From a virus (taxonomy: Duplodnaviria; Heunggongvirae; Uroviricota; Caudoviricetes), in IMG/VR virus record IMGVR_UViG_3300021979_000001, positions 162,948-226,947 of that record: 64,000 nt of DNA; one strand, given 5' to 3'. The stretch's first letter is position 1; each line of letters opens with the position of its first letter. The translations under genes and the position numbers were made by a program. The notes below the pieces were generated by a model. It had not been told where the DNA came from. It ran no database searches and worked only from the letters and a program-made list of their open reading frames with translations. Shown one piece after another: positions 9,317 through 18,306 of this stretch.

Positions 9317-9682
9317 TTACCCTCCGCGTAATGGTCTGGTCACAATGGTGCTGGATTGTGCAATTTCATCGGCATCTGATGACCGTTTTACCGTATCAGA
9401 GCGAATGTTACTGTGCGGTTTTGATGCGGAAATACGCCCCGCTGTAAAAAGCTGACTCATGATATTTTCATCGTCAAAAACAATACTTCGTTTGGTCAGC
9501 TTATCAACCGATGTCAGCTTCGTTTTGACTGTTACTTTATTATCATGTAACGTTTCCATAATAAAGAACACATATCCTTTATCGAGTAGGGATTGGATGG
9601 CAAGTTTCATATCGCCATCCACCTCCCGCTCCCAAGTGATGGTGGTATCACCCGAACCATCCAAAAAAGTCATCGTTCTCAT
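9317..9682 (-). CDS. small ubiquitin-like candidate ending in PLRGG
   Basis: RBS GGGAG before ATG 9682; beta-beta-alpha-beta..beta-like pattern; C-terminus IVTRPLRGG*. Confidence 0.7.
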   Translation of the reverse strand: MRTMTFLDGSGDTTITWEREVDGDMKLAIQSLLDKGYVFFIMETLHDNKVTVKTKLTSVDKLTKRSIVFDDENIMSQLFTAGRISASKPHSNIRSDTVKRSSDADEIAQSSTIVTRPLRGG

Positions 9683-9762
9683 AAATTCGACTCCCACAAG
9701 TTTTCAATTACAAGACTAAACACTATCAGTCATGTGGTTCAACAACAACCATAATATTAATA

Positions 9763-10971
9763 TTATTTGTAGTCTTCCCAATTAATATTACCAAAAACAG
9801 AGCGCATATTATCTATGTGCGTGCTGTTATTTTGTTGACCGATTTTCCAAAAAGCAAGATCAATGATATTACCCCCATCGTATTCACACCAGAACATTCC
9901 GCCCAACAAGTTGTTGATTTTGCGTAATTCTTTCAATTCCGGCATTGCTGCAACTGATTTCCGGTCACCTGGATGACGTTCTTTAGCTACCTGGACAGCA
10001 TCACGAACCCGTTTAACGGATTTGCCAATTTCCGCATAAAAATCTGTTTCAAATGCTTCCACTTTCTGGCGAACACCATCAACGAACAGGGGACGAGCAT
10101 CATCCATATTGCCATGCACAATCAATCGAACTATGTTTTTTTCATTATTGATGATGTCGTATGATGACGACAACTCACAATACCATTCCGATTTCATTTT
10201 GATCATGTGTCCATCATCAAAACGAATGACAATCCCTTCTTCATCGCGGGCAGTCTTAATGACATTAATCAATTTGTTAATATCAGTCACCCGATGTGAT
10301 ACTGCTTTGATTAGAGGGATACTCGGGTAACGAGAGATTAGTGTTTGCATGTCATCATAAGACCAATACTTGCCGCTTTCTAGTTCGCGAACCGCAGTCA
10401 AAACTAATTTGTCTTCGCCATACGCAAGAACAATTCTGTTGAACGGGGAACACCATTCAAAAATTGGCATTGCACCTTGTTTTTGTAATTCTGCCACAAA
10501 TTCGTCATAGATCGGGTGTTTTTCAACAAATTTGCTCGCCTGGTTGCTCACATCACTAATACCGCGTTTGGTTGACCACACGATACCCGTATCCAAATAC
10601 AATGGTGACACCATACTACCGTCAATTTTTTCCAAGACAATATGCGGCTTGGTGAAATCAATCGTATCTGATTTAGTTTCTGATTTCTCATTGAGATTAA
10701 AAAACTTGTGGTATCTACGACCAACCAATTTCCCGTTGGGATCAAATATCAGACCACGACATTCCCGCAAAATAGCGTAGTTTCGATCTAATTCCGGGTC
10801 ACCCGTCGTCGGCGATGGAAATGATTCATCGCACACAAAATTATAGCTAGAAACAATGTAATCTCCTTTATTATATATCGAGAAACATGGAGATTGTAGC
10901 GTTTTGTTAACCGCATCGATTGCAGTTTGCACATCTTCCAGGGTTAAATTGGTAGGAAAATCATAATTCAT
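9763..10971 (-). CDS. rnlA: T4 Rnl1-family RNA ligase
   Basis: RECRGLIF, YHKFFNLNE, motif I EKIDGS, FEW, EGIVI, KMK. Confidence 0.92.
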   Translation of the reverse strand: MNYDFPTNLTLEDVQTAIDAVNKTLQSPCFSIYNKGDYIVSSYNFVCDESFPSPTTGDPELDRNYAILRECRGLIFDPNGKLVGRRYHKFFNLNEKSETKSDTIDFTKPHIVLEKIDGSMVSPLYLDTGIVWSTKRGISDVSNQASKFVEKHPIYDEFVAELQKQGAMPIFEWCSPFNRIVLAYGEDKLVLTAVRELESGKYWSYDDMQTLISRYPSIPLIKAVSHRVTDINKLINVIKTARDEEGIVIRFDDGHMIKMKSEWYCELSSSYDIINNEKNIVRLIVHGNMDDARPLFVDGVRQKVEAFETDFYAEIGKSVKRVRDAVQVAKERHPGDRKSVAAMPELKELRKINNLLGGMFWCEYDGGNIIDLAFWKIGQQNNSTHIDNMRSVFGNINWEDYK

Positions 10972-11131
10972 TTTTCACAATAACCTTACACGTTTATGTA
11001 TCTATGTTATCAATACCATAGTTTTTTTTAAAAAAACAATATATTATTGTTAACTAAAATTTATTGTGATCCCTCGCTATATCATGATATATTTTAGCCA
11101 TACCCCTTTCACAATAGGACATAATATCACC

Positions 11132-11971
11132 ATGGCACCGGATTATTTAGATATAGATTATTTGCGTAGTTTGGATGTTGCCCCGGAGTCATTTGGGCTT
11201 GGGTTTATCCAACTGAAATTATCCAAAACGAGCAAAGTCAATTTTTGGGATGTCGCATCCCTTCTAACCGTGGACCAAGAAGATTTTCATACACATCCGT
11301 ATGATTTCACATCCACTATAATTGCGGGGTCCATAACCCACGAAACTGCAATCGTTACCAACGAAACCACGATTACCAATGAAAACAGCAAGCAACCATA
11401 TGGTTATTTACAATTCAAAACCGGATGTTGCCCTGGTAGTAAAGCAATCCTTGATGCAAATATTGATTTGTTATCATTGGGGAAAACAACACTGTCCGTT
11501 GGTTCAAAATATGACTTTCACCATACCATGTATCATCGTGTTCTAAAGGCATATGGTATCACCCATGTGACTAAAGGGAAAAAAGTAGAAGAATATGCCA
11601 AGATTGCAATTAAAACCGAAACCAAATTAAGCAACGCATTTGCAAACCAGTTGACAACAAAAGAATGCTGGGAACGAATTGAACAGATTATTTCACCATT
11701 TTTACCGGCAGAGTTTGAAACCCATCCAGGGTATCATCTAACCAAGATTGCTAAAGGACAGATTGGTGATGTATCAAAAATCGTGGAAGAATGTAATGAA
11801 TTGGTAGATGCCGCCGCGCAAGGTGCAAACATAATGATTTTGCATGAACTGTCCGATATTCATGGTGCAATGGAACTATATTTAAATAAACATCACCCAT
11901 CCTTATCAATCACTGATTTGGGTGTTATGTCTACCATCACCCAACGCGCTTTCACAAATGGGAGACGATAA
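11132..11971 (+). CDS. cupin-like domain fused to a HisE/MazG-like NTP pyrophosphohydrolase domain
   Basis: N-terminal FGLGFIQ..FHTHPYDF.S..I.G..E..YHRV (HxH..H). C-terminal SKIVEECNELVDA..ELSD (EExxE..ExxD). Confidence 0.7.
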   Translation: MAPDYLDIDYLRSLDVAPESFGLGFIQLKLSKTSKVNFWDVASLLTVDQEDFHTHPYDFTSTIIAGSITHETAIVTNETTITNENSKQPYGYLQFKTGCCPGSKAILDANIDLLSLGKTTLSVGSKYDFHHTMYHRVLKAYGITHVTKGKKVEEYAKIAIKTETKLSNAFANQLTTKECWERIEQIISPFLPAEFETHPGYHLTKIAKGQIGDVSKIVEECNELVDAAAQGANIMILHELSDIHGAMELYLNKHHPSLSITDLGVMSTITQRAFTNGRR

Positions 11972-12576
11972 TGAATATCAAATCATTATCACGCATTGTC
12001 GAGACAGCTACCTTTTTTCGTAACCTAAATTATGTCGAAATTGAATTGCCTTGGACCGCATCAAAGGCGGCAATGGAAACGACGATTGATCTGACACATG
12101 TCATGTCGTTATCATGCAACGGGGCTGATTATGGATTATTGGTTGGGTCTGCCGAACAGGCTTTTATCCAAAAGATGATTGATGGTGAATTATCGCCTGG
12201 GAAATATCAATCATTCACCCCCTGTTTCCGTCCTGATCCGGTGGATGAATTGCATCAGACTTATTTTACTAAGTTGGAATTGTGTGAACTTGTTTCACAT
12301 AAGACCGATATGGACGAATGCCAACATCGATTGGATTATATTACCCGGTGTTGTCGGGGAAATTTCACACGATTGGTGCGCGATGATGGTTTTGATGATC
12401 CGAATGTTGTTCACATCGTCAAAACACACGCTGGGTATGACATCGAAATCAACAATATTGAGATCGGTTCATATGGGATTCGCCAATTTGGCAAATTTAC
12501 ATGGATTTATGCTACTGGGATAGCTGAACCCCGTTTTGGCAAAGCGGTTTCCCAACTCCAATATATACCGGCTTGA
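11971..12576 (+). CDS. minimal class II aminoacyl-tRNA-synthetase-like catalytic domain
   Basis: GSAEQ; motif 2 TPCFR..DELH..YF.KLE; IEIGSYG; motif 3 GIAEPRF; no anticodon-binding domain; TAATG overlap with the upstream gene. Confidence 0.8.
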   Translation: MNIKSLSRIVETATFFRNLNYVEIELPWTASKAAMETTIDLTHVMSLSCNGADYGLLVGSAEQAFIQKMIDGELSPGKYQSFTPCFRPDPVDELHQTYFTKLELCELVSHKTDMDECQHRLDYITRCCRGNFTRLVRDDGFDDPNVVHIVKTHAGYDIEINNIEIGSYGIRQFGKFTWIYATGIAEPRFGKAVSQLQYIPA

Positions 12577-12841
12577 TATATTGGGTATCTGTATTCAAGT
12601 AAAATTCGCTTAGCATGAACAGCACATCATCAACCTGGCTACCAGTGATGACATGAATTTCATACTTGGAATACTCGATTACCCAATTATTTGACCGCAT
12701 GTTTTCGGCACACCAACATTCCAGCCATCTTGCCATAACCATCGAATTAACCGCACTTATCCCCGCGCCCATATGATCATAGACGTATATGATGCCAGTT
12801 CGCGATCTGGTGTGGTGTTTATCGTAAATGAGTTTGCCCAT
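12512..12841 (-). CDS. hypothetical protein, C-terminal-motif paralogue family
   Basis: WLECWC..W..DDVLFMLSEF. Confidence 0.6.
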   Translation of the reverse strand: MGKLIYDKHHTRSRTGIIYVYDHMGAGISAVNSMVMARWLECWCAENMRSNNWVIEYSKYEIHVITGSQVDDVLFMLSEFYLNTDTQYIKPVYIGVGKPLCQNGVQLSQ

Positions 12842-13015
12842 GATCTTATTTATGTTGTGATTGTCGATAGTGATTATATAGGAACGAAAAAAAGCCCGGA
12901 AAGGTTCCGGGCTTAATTTATATTATTTTATAATCCGAATGTCAGCGTTTTTTCGTCCCAACACATAGCATCACCTGGTTCAGCCGGGTGGATAATATGG
13001 CAGTGGGTGATACTA

Positions 13016-13294
13016 TTATCCACTCCTGGTGATATTTCCCATATTTGAGACATCACCATGAATGTCACCGCATTCAAGATTACCACGATTTGAGACATCA
13101 CCATGAATGTCACCACATTCAAGGTTACCGGAATTATTGATGTTATCAATAGTCCCGTCAACAACAACGATTTTAGTTGTATCGCTGGATAACGATATGG
13201 TCTGCGTTCCAACGATTATCGAGTCGATAGTGATGGCGAAGTTATCGCCATCACTAAGATTATATTCAGTTCCATTGATCCGAATCGTTGTCAT
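13016..13294 (-). CDS. small beta-helix-like repeat protein
   Basis: Repeated GNLECGDIHGDVSN units. Confidence 0.7.
   Translation of the reverse strand: MTTIRINGTEYNLSDGDNFAITIDSIIVGTQTISLSSDTTKIVVVDGTIDNINNSGNLECGDIHGDVSNRGNLECGDIHGDVSNMGNITRSG
13043..13129. repeat. 45-bp in-frame tandem duplication
   Basis: atttgagacatcaccatgaatgtcacc(g/a)cattcaag occurs at 13043 and 13088. Confidence 0.9.
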
Positions 13295-13297
13295 AGT

Positions 13298-13882
13298 TTA
13301 CAATTCACTACGACTGGAAACAACTTTGTCAATGATGCCATATTCCAACGCATCATGTGCGGACAAGAATTTATCTCGTTCCATGTCGTTCAATACCGTT
13401 TCATAATCTTTGCCGGTATTTTCAGCCATCATCGTTGTGAGGCGATGTTTCAGACGTTCCCCTTCTTTCAGGGAAATAAACTGATCAGTGATTTTGCCTT
13501 GGGTGCCGGATGACGGTTGATGAATCATTACGGTCGAGTCGAGAAGCGCGATACGATGCCCTTTGGTCCCGCAAGATAGGAACATCGCCCCCATGGACAT
13601 CGCCGAACCGGTAACCACCGTAACAATCGTGTTCTTGACAAATCGCATGGTATTGATCACGGCCAAACCATCATAAACCGATCCACCCGGCGAGTTAATA
13701 TACATATAAATTGGTTTTTCCGGGTCTTCGGCTTCAAGATGCAATAATGATGCCGTAATAACGGATGCCATCCGCGTTTCAACTACACCATCAACAAAAA
13801 TGATGTTTTCTTTCAGAAGCCGCGAATAGATGTCATATGACCGTTCGTTATGACCATCATTGGTAACTACTATTGGAATCAT
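13298..13882 (-). CDS. clpP: ATP-dependent Clp protease proteolytic subunit
   Basis: DIYSRLLKENIIF, YINSPGG; catalytic triad in AMSMG, MIHQP, ERDKF. Confidence 0.97.
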   Translation of the reverse strand: MIPIVVTNDGHNERSYDIYSRLLKENIIFVDGVVETRMASVITASLLHLEAEDPEKPIYMYINSPGGSVYDGLAVINTMRFVKNTIVTVVTGSAMSMGAMFLSCGTKGHRIALLDSTVMIHQPSSGTQGKITDQFISLKEGERLKHRLTTMMAENTGKDYETVLNDMERDKFLSAHDALEYGIIDKVVSSRSEL

Positions 13883-13895
13883 TACAATATTTTCC

Positions 13896-14159
13896 TTAAA
13901 CTGACAGTTTGACCATCACACTGTCTTCATACAATTCAAATCCAACCAATAACTCTCCACCACCCCCACCCCCGATTACATCCAAATATGTCCATCTACC
14001 AACACCAGACTGATACATGATTTCATTGATACGGGCACAACCATATGGGGATTTGGGATCAATTGATACAATGTGCCAACCAGTAGGTATCATTTGTCGA
14101 TTGAGTGTCAAATAATTTGGTGAAAGAGAATACACCAAATTTTTTAATTTCACATCCAT
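13896..14159 (-). CDS. hypothetical protein, C-terminal-motif paralogue family
   Basis: Ends GFELYEDSVMVKLSV. Confidence 0.6.
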   Translation of the reverse strand: MDVKLKNLVYSLSPNYLTLNRQMIPTGWHIVSIDPKSPYGCARINEIMYQSGVGRWTYLDVIGGGGGGELLVGFELYEDSVMVKLSV

Positions 14160-14219
14160 ATCATTTACCTAATCAGGGCAAAATCAGGGGAGAATTTATT
14201 TATATTCTCCCCTGATGGA

Positions 14220-15473
14220 TTATTTCCGGTGATCTTCGTATACCGCCGTTACCCCAAATGGAGACTGCGGGGCATTTTCCCCATACACGACAAATAACGT
14301 TTCGCAATAATCTGGGTCGCCCCAACCAGAACAAGGGTATCCGTCGGTAAAGAAAATCAACCGTTCCGGGCGAATTTCCTTTTCCTTCATGAACGCCCAG
14401 TTAACATTAAAATCGGTGCCACCGCCCCCTTGCATTTTGTAATCCACAATTTCTGACAAATTGGTTTCATCGTATTCTGTGAAACCATATACTTTCGTAT
14501 CAAAGGTCCACAATTTTACTTTTGCCTGTGAAAAGGTTTCCAGAATCCCTTTCGTTTCCGTCAAGAAATCGGTCAACATTTCCTGGGTCATTGATCCGCT
14601 TGTATCAATCGTGATACAAACATCAATCGTATTTTGGAAATTTTGCGCTGGCAACCGAACACCCGGCAACGCCCAATTCCGACGACTGAAACGGGTATAG
14701 GTATAATCGTCTTTTACTGCGGACCGAAAGGTCTGCTCCAACATGGTCCGCCAGTCAAGTTGCGCGTCACCCAACTCGTCAATCATCCGTGCAACGCCAA
14801 GCGGATAATCACCCGCCTTGCTACTTGCAATTGCTTGCATCGTTGCGGCCCGCATATCATTGCGAATTTCCGCAATTTCATCCGCCGACAATTTTGGCGG
14901 ACCATTTTCTCCGATGACAGTGATGGTTCCGTTGTTGGTCCCATCTTTATTACTGTCACCGTTATTGCCACCGTCTCCGGCCCCAAAATCGTGGTGTTCA
15001 TCCATTTCATCTTCGGGCCGAATAGTAACCGAATTTTGGATCAGAAGATCATAAATGGCTTCTGCACCCAATTCATCGGTATAGCGTTCGTCATACAGTG
15101 CCCCTTTGGGCATGACGCCAACACATCCTTTTTTTAAGGATTTCAATGCGGAATTGACCACATAATCGGTTGCCATGGCCCAAATTTTTGGATCACGTGA
15201 CCCACGCCGGTTGGCGTGATCATAAACCAGGTGCATTGTAATATGTGAAATTAAAAAAGAAACCCCACCCAGGCCATATTTTTCAACGGTTTTAATAATA
15301 AAATCACGGTTATAAAATAGCCGCCGCCCGTCTGATGTTATTGTTTTGCACCATTTCGATGCATCAACCTCGGTGAGCCGAATACTTAACTGCCCCAAGA
15401 ACGGATAATCGAATAGCATTTGAACTCGTGATGTAACAATTGCCCGGATTACAGGATCATCTTTTTCCATCAT
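14220..15473 (-). CDS. DUF2201-like metallopeptidase plus VWA protein (MoxR partner)
   Basis: TSDGRRLFYN, HITMH..DH, MIDAS motif DTSGS, GGGGTDF, FTDG. Confidence 0.9.
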   Translation of the reverse strand: MMEKDDPVIRAIVTSRVQMLFDYPFLGQLSIRLTEVDASKWCKTITSDGRRLFYNRDFIIKTVEKYGLGGVSFLISHITMHLVYDHANRRGSRDPKIWAMATDYVVNSALKSLKKGCVGVMPKGALYDERYTDELGAEAIYDLLIQNSVTIRPEDEMDEHHDFGAGDGGNNGDSNKDGTNNGTITVIGENGPPKLSADEIAEIRNDMRAATMQAIASSKAGDYPLGVARMIDELGDAQLDWRTMLEQTFRSAVKDDYTYTRFSRRNWALPGVRLPAQNFQNTIDVCITIDTSGSMTQEMLTDFLTETKGILETFSQAKVKLWTFDTKVYGFTEYDETNLSEIVDYKMQGGGGTDFNVNWAFMKEKEIRPERLIFFTDGYPCSGWGDPDYCETLFVVYGENAPQSPFGVTAVYEDHRK

Positions 15474-15543
15474 AATTTAATCCTCGTATATTCAAAAAAT
15501 GAGCGACAATAATTATCTTAATTGTCGCTCATTCACATGTCAA

Positions 15544-17040
15544 TTATTTACTTGTGCCGCCCATCAAAGGACCATATTTCGCCGCAAAATTGGCGAAATA
15601 TTTTGATTTTGCAGAGAACGGAAGCTGGTATTGACCCACGGCCATTTTGATAGCCAAGATGCATACTTCGGTTTTGAAGTTTTCCATCGAAAATTTCACA
15701 TAGTTATCGGCATATTTATGCCATTTTTGGCCCTGCTCGGTATTATTGAAAACCGAGACGGACGCATTGTTGTGGAATGCTTCCTGCCGCAATTGATCAG
15801 CACGTTCTTTGAGCATTTGCGACATGGCCGTGATCAGTGCAAATGACATTTGCGGATCAAGCTGTTCGCTCGCCTTGGTAATTGTCCCATCCAAGATTCC
15901 AGCAGGACTTGGCATTGCATCCAGCCGTTTGTAAAATGAACAGAACTTTTGTCCGTCAATGTCTCCGATAGCCCCATTCACGCTGGCATGGAACACATCT
16001 GTTCCAACGCGAACCCCGCGTTTTTCGTTGTGTTCCTTTGCTTTCAGCAAGTCGGACACAAACATCCACGTCCGGGGGGCGGAAAAACCCCGAACCGATT
16101 TAACCATATCATCTTGGCTGGAACTCAACTGCCCCTGAAAATGTGTCAGATACCCGATGACCGCCGGATGATACATCGCGTCAATGGCATGGGTTTGCCA
16201 GTCTTCGAAATTCGCGACCATTTCGACATGCACCAAGCGGCTACGCACCGGTGAAGGCAAAACAAATGTGATACCACGGTCGCCTTCCCGATTGCCGCAT
16301 GCGACAATCTGAAAATCATCGGGCAACTCATACTCGCCCAAACGACGGTCAAGCAACAATTCATAACATGCCGCAATCACTGATTGCGGGGCCGAATTTA
16401 ATTCTTCAAGCCCGAGAATGCCACGGGCTTTGCCGGAAACATTGACGCGAAGGTTGCCAGGTTCAAGATATTCGAACAGCAAGTCCGACAAGTCGTCGAT
16501 TGACAACGATTTGTTTTGCGCAATGATCCCCATTGCCGTGGCGTGGTTATGTTCTGTCGTCAAGCATACATCGACGTAATCGACGCCTTTGCTAACCAAA
16601 ATCGGCACGGTCCCGGCAGTCAGTTTGCGCAAATTGACATCGGTCTTTTGCACATATGGAATGTGATTTGCGCCCAACGGGTTCAAAAATTCAACCCGGA
16701 CAATTTCCTTGTGGTTAATTTCGGCCACGTGGTTGAAGTTAAGGTCGCGTGGTAGCGTCACCGGCGACGACCACGACAATGCGTTAATTCCGCCCCGCTC
16801 GTAAGGCATCGGAATACCACGCAAATCAGATGGGTCCATCTGGGAAAGGCGCATATCGATAAATGCCATATTTTCTTCGGTCGCAAATTGTTTGCAAACA
16901 GCGGACTTCCCGATGCCGGGCGCGCCCCAGATAAACATACTGACCTTTCCCGAGCCAGTCAGTCCCGTCGAGTTCAACAACCGCAATGCAGGCACCATCG
17001 TTGATGGTGTCAATGTTAAAACTTGTGTTTCTTTTGCCAT
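15544..17040 (-). CDS. MoxR-like AAA+ ATPase with a ~100-aa insertion
   Basis: Walker A GAPGIGKS, DMRLSQMDPSDLRGIP, LEELNSA, CGNR, SR, APRTW. Confidence 0.92.
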   Translation of the reverse strand: MAKETQVLTLTPSTMVPALRLLNSTGLTGSGKVSMFIWGAPGIGKSAVCKQFATEENMAFIDMRLSQMDPSDLRGIPMPYERGGINALSWSSPVTLPRDLNFNHVAEINHKEIVRVEFLNPLGANHIPYVQKTDVNLRKLTAGTVPILVSKGVDYVDVCLTTEHNHATAMGIIAQNKSLSIDDLSDLLFEYLEPGNLRVNVSGKARGILGLEELNSAPQSVIAACYELLLDRRLGEYELPDDFQIVACGNREGDRGITFVLPSPVRSRLVHVEMVANFEDWQTHAIDAMYHPAVIGYLTHFQGQLSSSQDDMVKSVRGFSAPRTWMFVSDLLKAKEHNEKRGVRVGTDVFHASVNGAIGDIDGQKFCSFYKRLDAMPSPAGILDGTITKASEQLDPQMSFALITAMSQMLKERADQLRQEAFHNNASVSVFNNTEQGQKWHKYADNYVKFSMENFKTEVCILAIKMAVGQYQLPFSAKSKYFANFAAKYGPLMGGTSK

Positions 17041-17071
17041 CGTTTGTTAGCCTTTCTAAATTCGGATACAG

Positions 17072-17266
17072 TTATTTTGATAGTGGCAGATCAACGTAAT
17101 CAATGCCTTTGTCACGCAACATTTTCGAGAAAATGGCAGACACACCCAACCACTTGTTTTCGGATGCATCCGATGTATTCGAAACATCTTGACGACAATT
17201 GTTTTCGGATGCATCCGATGTATTCGAAACATCTTGACGACAATTGTTTTCGGTAATATGAGCCAT
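17072..17266 (-). CDS. small protein with a duplicated 15-aa unit
   Basis: GGGAGGG RBS before ATG 17266; ENNCRQDVSNTSDAS occurs twice. Confidence 0.55.
   Translation of the reverse strand: MAHITENNCRQDVSNTSDASENNCRQDVSNTSDASENKWLGVSAIFSKMLRDKGIDYVDLPLSK
17154..17253. repeat. perfect 45-bp tandem repeat (2.2 copies) with an internal palindrome
   Basis: ttgttttcggatgcatccgatgtattcgaaacatcttgacgacaa at 17154 and 17199; contains the 14-bp palindrome tcggatgcatccga. Confidence 0.95.
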
Positions 17267-17442
17267 TTCAACCCTCCCAGTCGCGCATACTTGATAATTA
17301 ATAACCCAATGATGATCAATGGTAGATCATCTAGGACGTGGATATAGAGGAAATCCCCCAGGTGATCAATAATAAATCAAACGTTGCTGTTCCCCCTAAC
17401 GGTTGGCGTCATTTCATTTTGTCATATTGTCTTGATGACTTA

Positions 17443-17472
17443 ATAATAACCATCTTTTAAAACCACCGTCAA
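17443..17472 (-). promoter_or_regulatory. sigma70-like promoter of the MoxR-VWA-ClpP operon
   Basis: TTGACG-18bp-TATTAT with an A-rich upstream element. Confidence 0.55.
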
Positions 17473-17516
17473 CCATAATTTTTAAAAAAATGTTAGCTTG
17501 TTTCGAGAGGATAGTT

Positions 17517-17909
17517 TCAACTATACATTTGTATAAGATTGGTCAAGCTACCATTGCACAGGGCCAATGTAATATACATATGCCGATCAAACAGTATCAC
17601 TTGTTTATATTGATAGGTAAAATAATAAGGAAATGTTGATATGCGATCAAATTCCGTTAGGTCTTTCAACCTAGGATATTCGTTTAAATCAACCGCATTA
17701 TGCGAGTATGTTTTGGATAAAATATTAAATGCAAGGGGCTTTAATCGTAACCCGGTTGCATTGTCAATATTAGTGCCACGGAAATTCTTGAAAACAAAAT
17801 GACCGAAAGTAATATCGGACATTTTATTGATTTCCGGGGCCATTGCAGCATCGTTGTCCGCATAATAAATGCGGACAACTTTAAAAATATCTTTATATAT
17901 GTTACTCAT
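17517..17909 (-). CDS. jumbo-phage hypothetical protein
   Basis: FKNFR..GLRL..DRISTFPYY; ATGA overlap with the upstream gene. Confidence 0.75.
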   Translation of the reverse strand: MSNIYKDIFKVVRIYYADNDAAMAPEINKMSDITFGHFVFKNFRGTNIDNATGLRLKPLAFNILSKTYSHNAVDLNEYPRLKDLTEFDRISTFPYYFTYQYKQVILFDRHMYITLALCNGSLTNLIQMYS

Positions 17910-18202
17910 ACATCATTTTCTGTTACCATTACACCACCGGTTAACATGTAAACCATAAATTTATCAGTTTTAAACAACTTGTTTAATTTTTCAGCCAAAT
18001 TAAAGGCATGACCAGGATTGGAAAATGACACTTTTTTATATTTTGGTCCTGGATAATCAAGTAATGTATTCAATGATCGCAAATTGATCGGTTGCCCATC
18101 AAAAAATACAGCAAATATCGCTTCTGCTTTTAATACTTGTTCTGATTTAAATGTCTTTGGGTCAGTAAAATTCAACAAAACATCTGGTTTTGGACGACTC
18201 AT
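17906..18202 (-). CDS. jumbo-phage hypothetical protein (MSRPKP..GPKYKK.SFSNPGHA)
   Basis: RBS aagga before ATG 18202; late ATAAATA upstream. Confidence 0.85.
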   Translation of the reverse strand: MSRPKPDVLLNFTDPKTFKSEQVLKAEAIFAVFFDGQPINLRSLNTLLDYPGPKYKKVSFSNPGHAFNLAEKLNKLFKTDKFMVYMLTGGVMVTENDV

Positions 18203-18306
18203 TTTTTTAGTATCCTTATTTACGCTGTGGGTCCATTCCACACATCATTATTTATTCCAAACTACAAAAAACCGCGTTTGGTAATAAAGCGCTAAGGAAC
18301 TGTTAA

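Noticed and set aside
16440-16745. Intein in the MoxR ATPase
   Set aside because: The insertion lacks an N-terminal Cys/Ser and a C-terminal His-Asn followed by a nucleophile.
17154-17253. Possible mini-CRISPR array
   Set aside because: The units are contiguous identical 45-mers with no unique spacers, and no cas genes are present.
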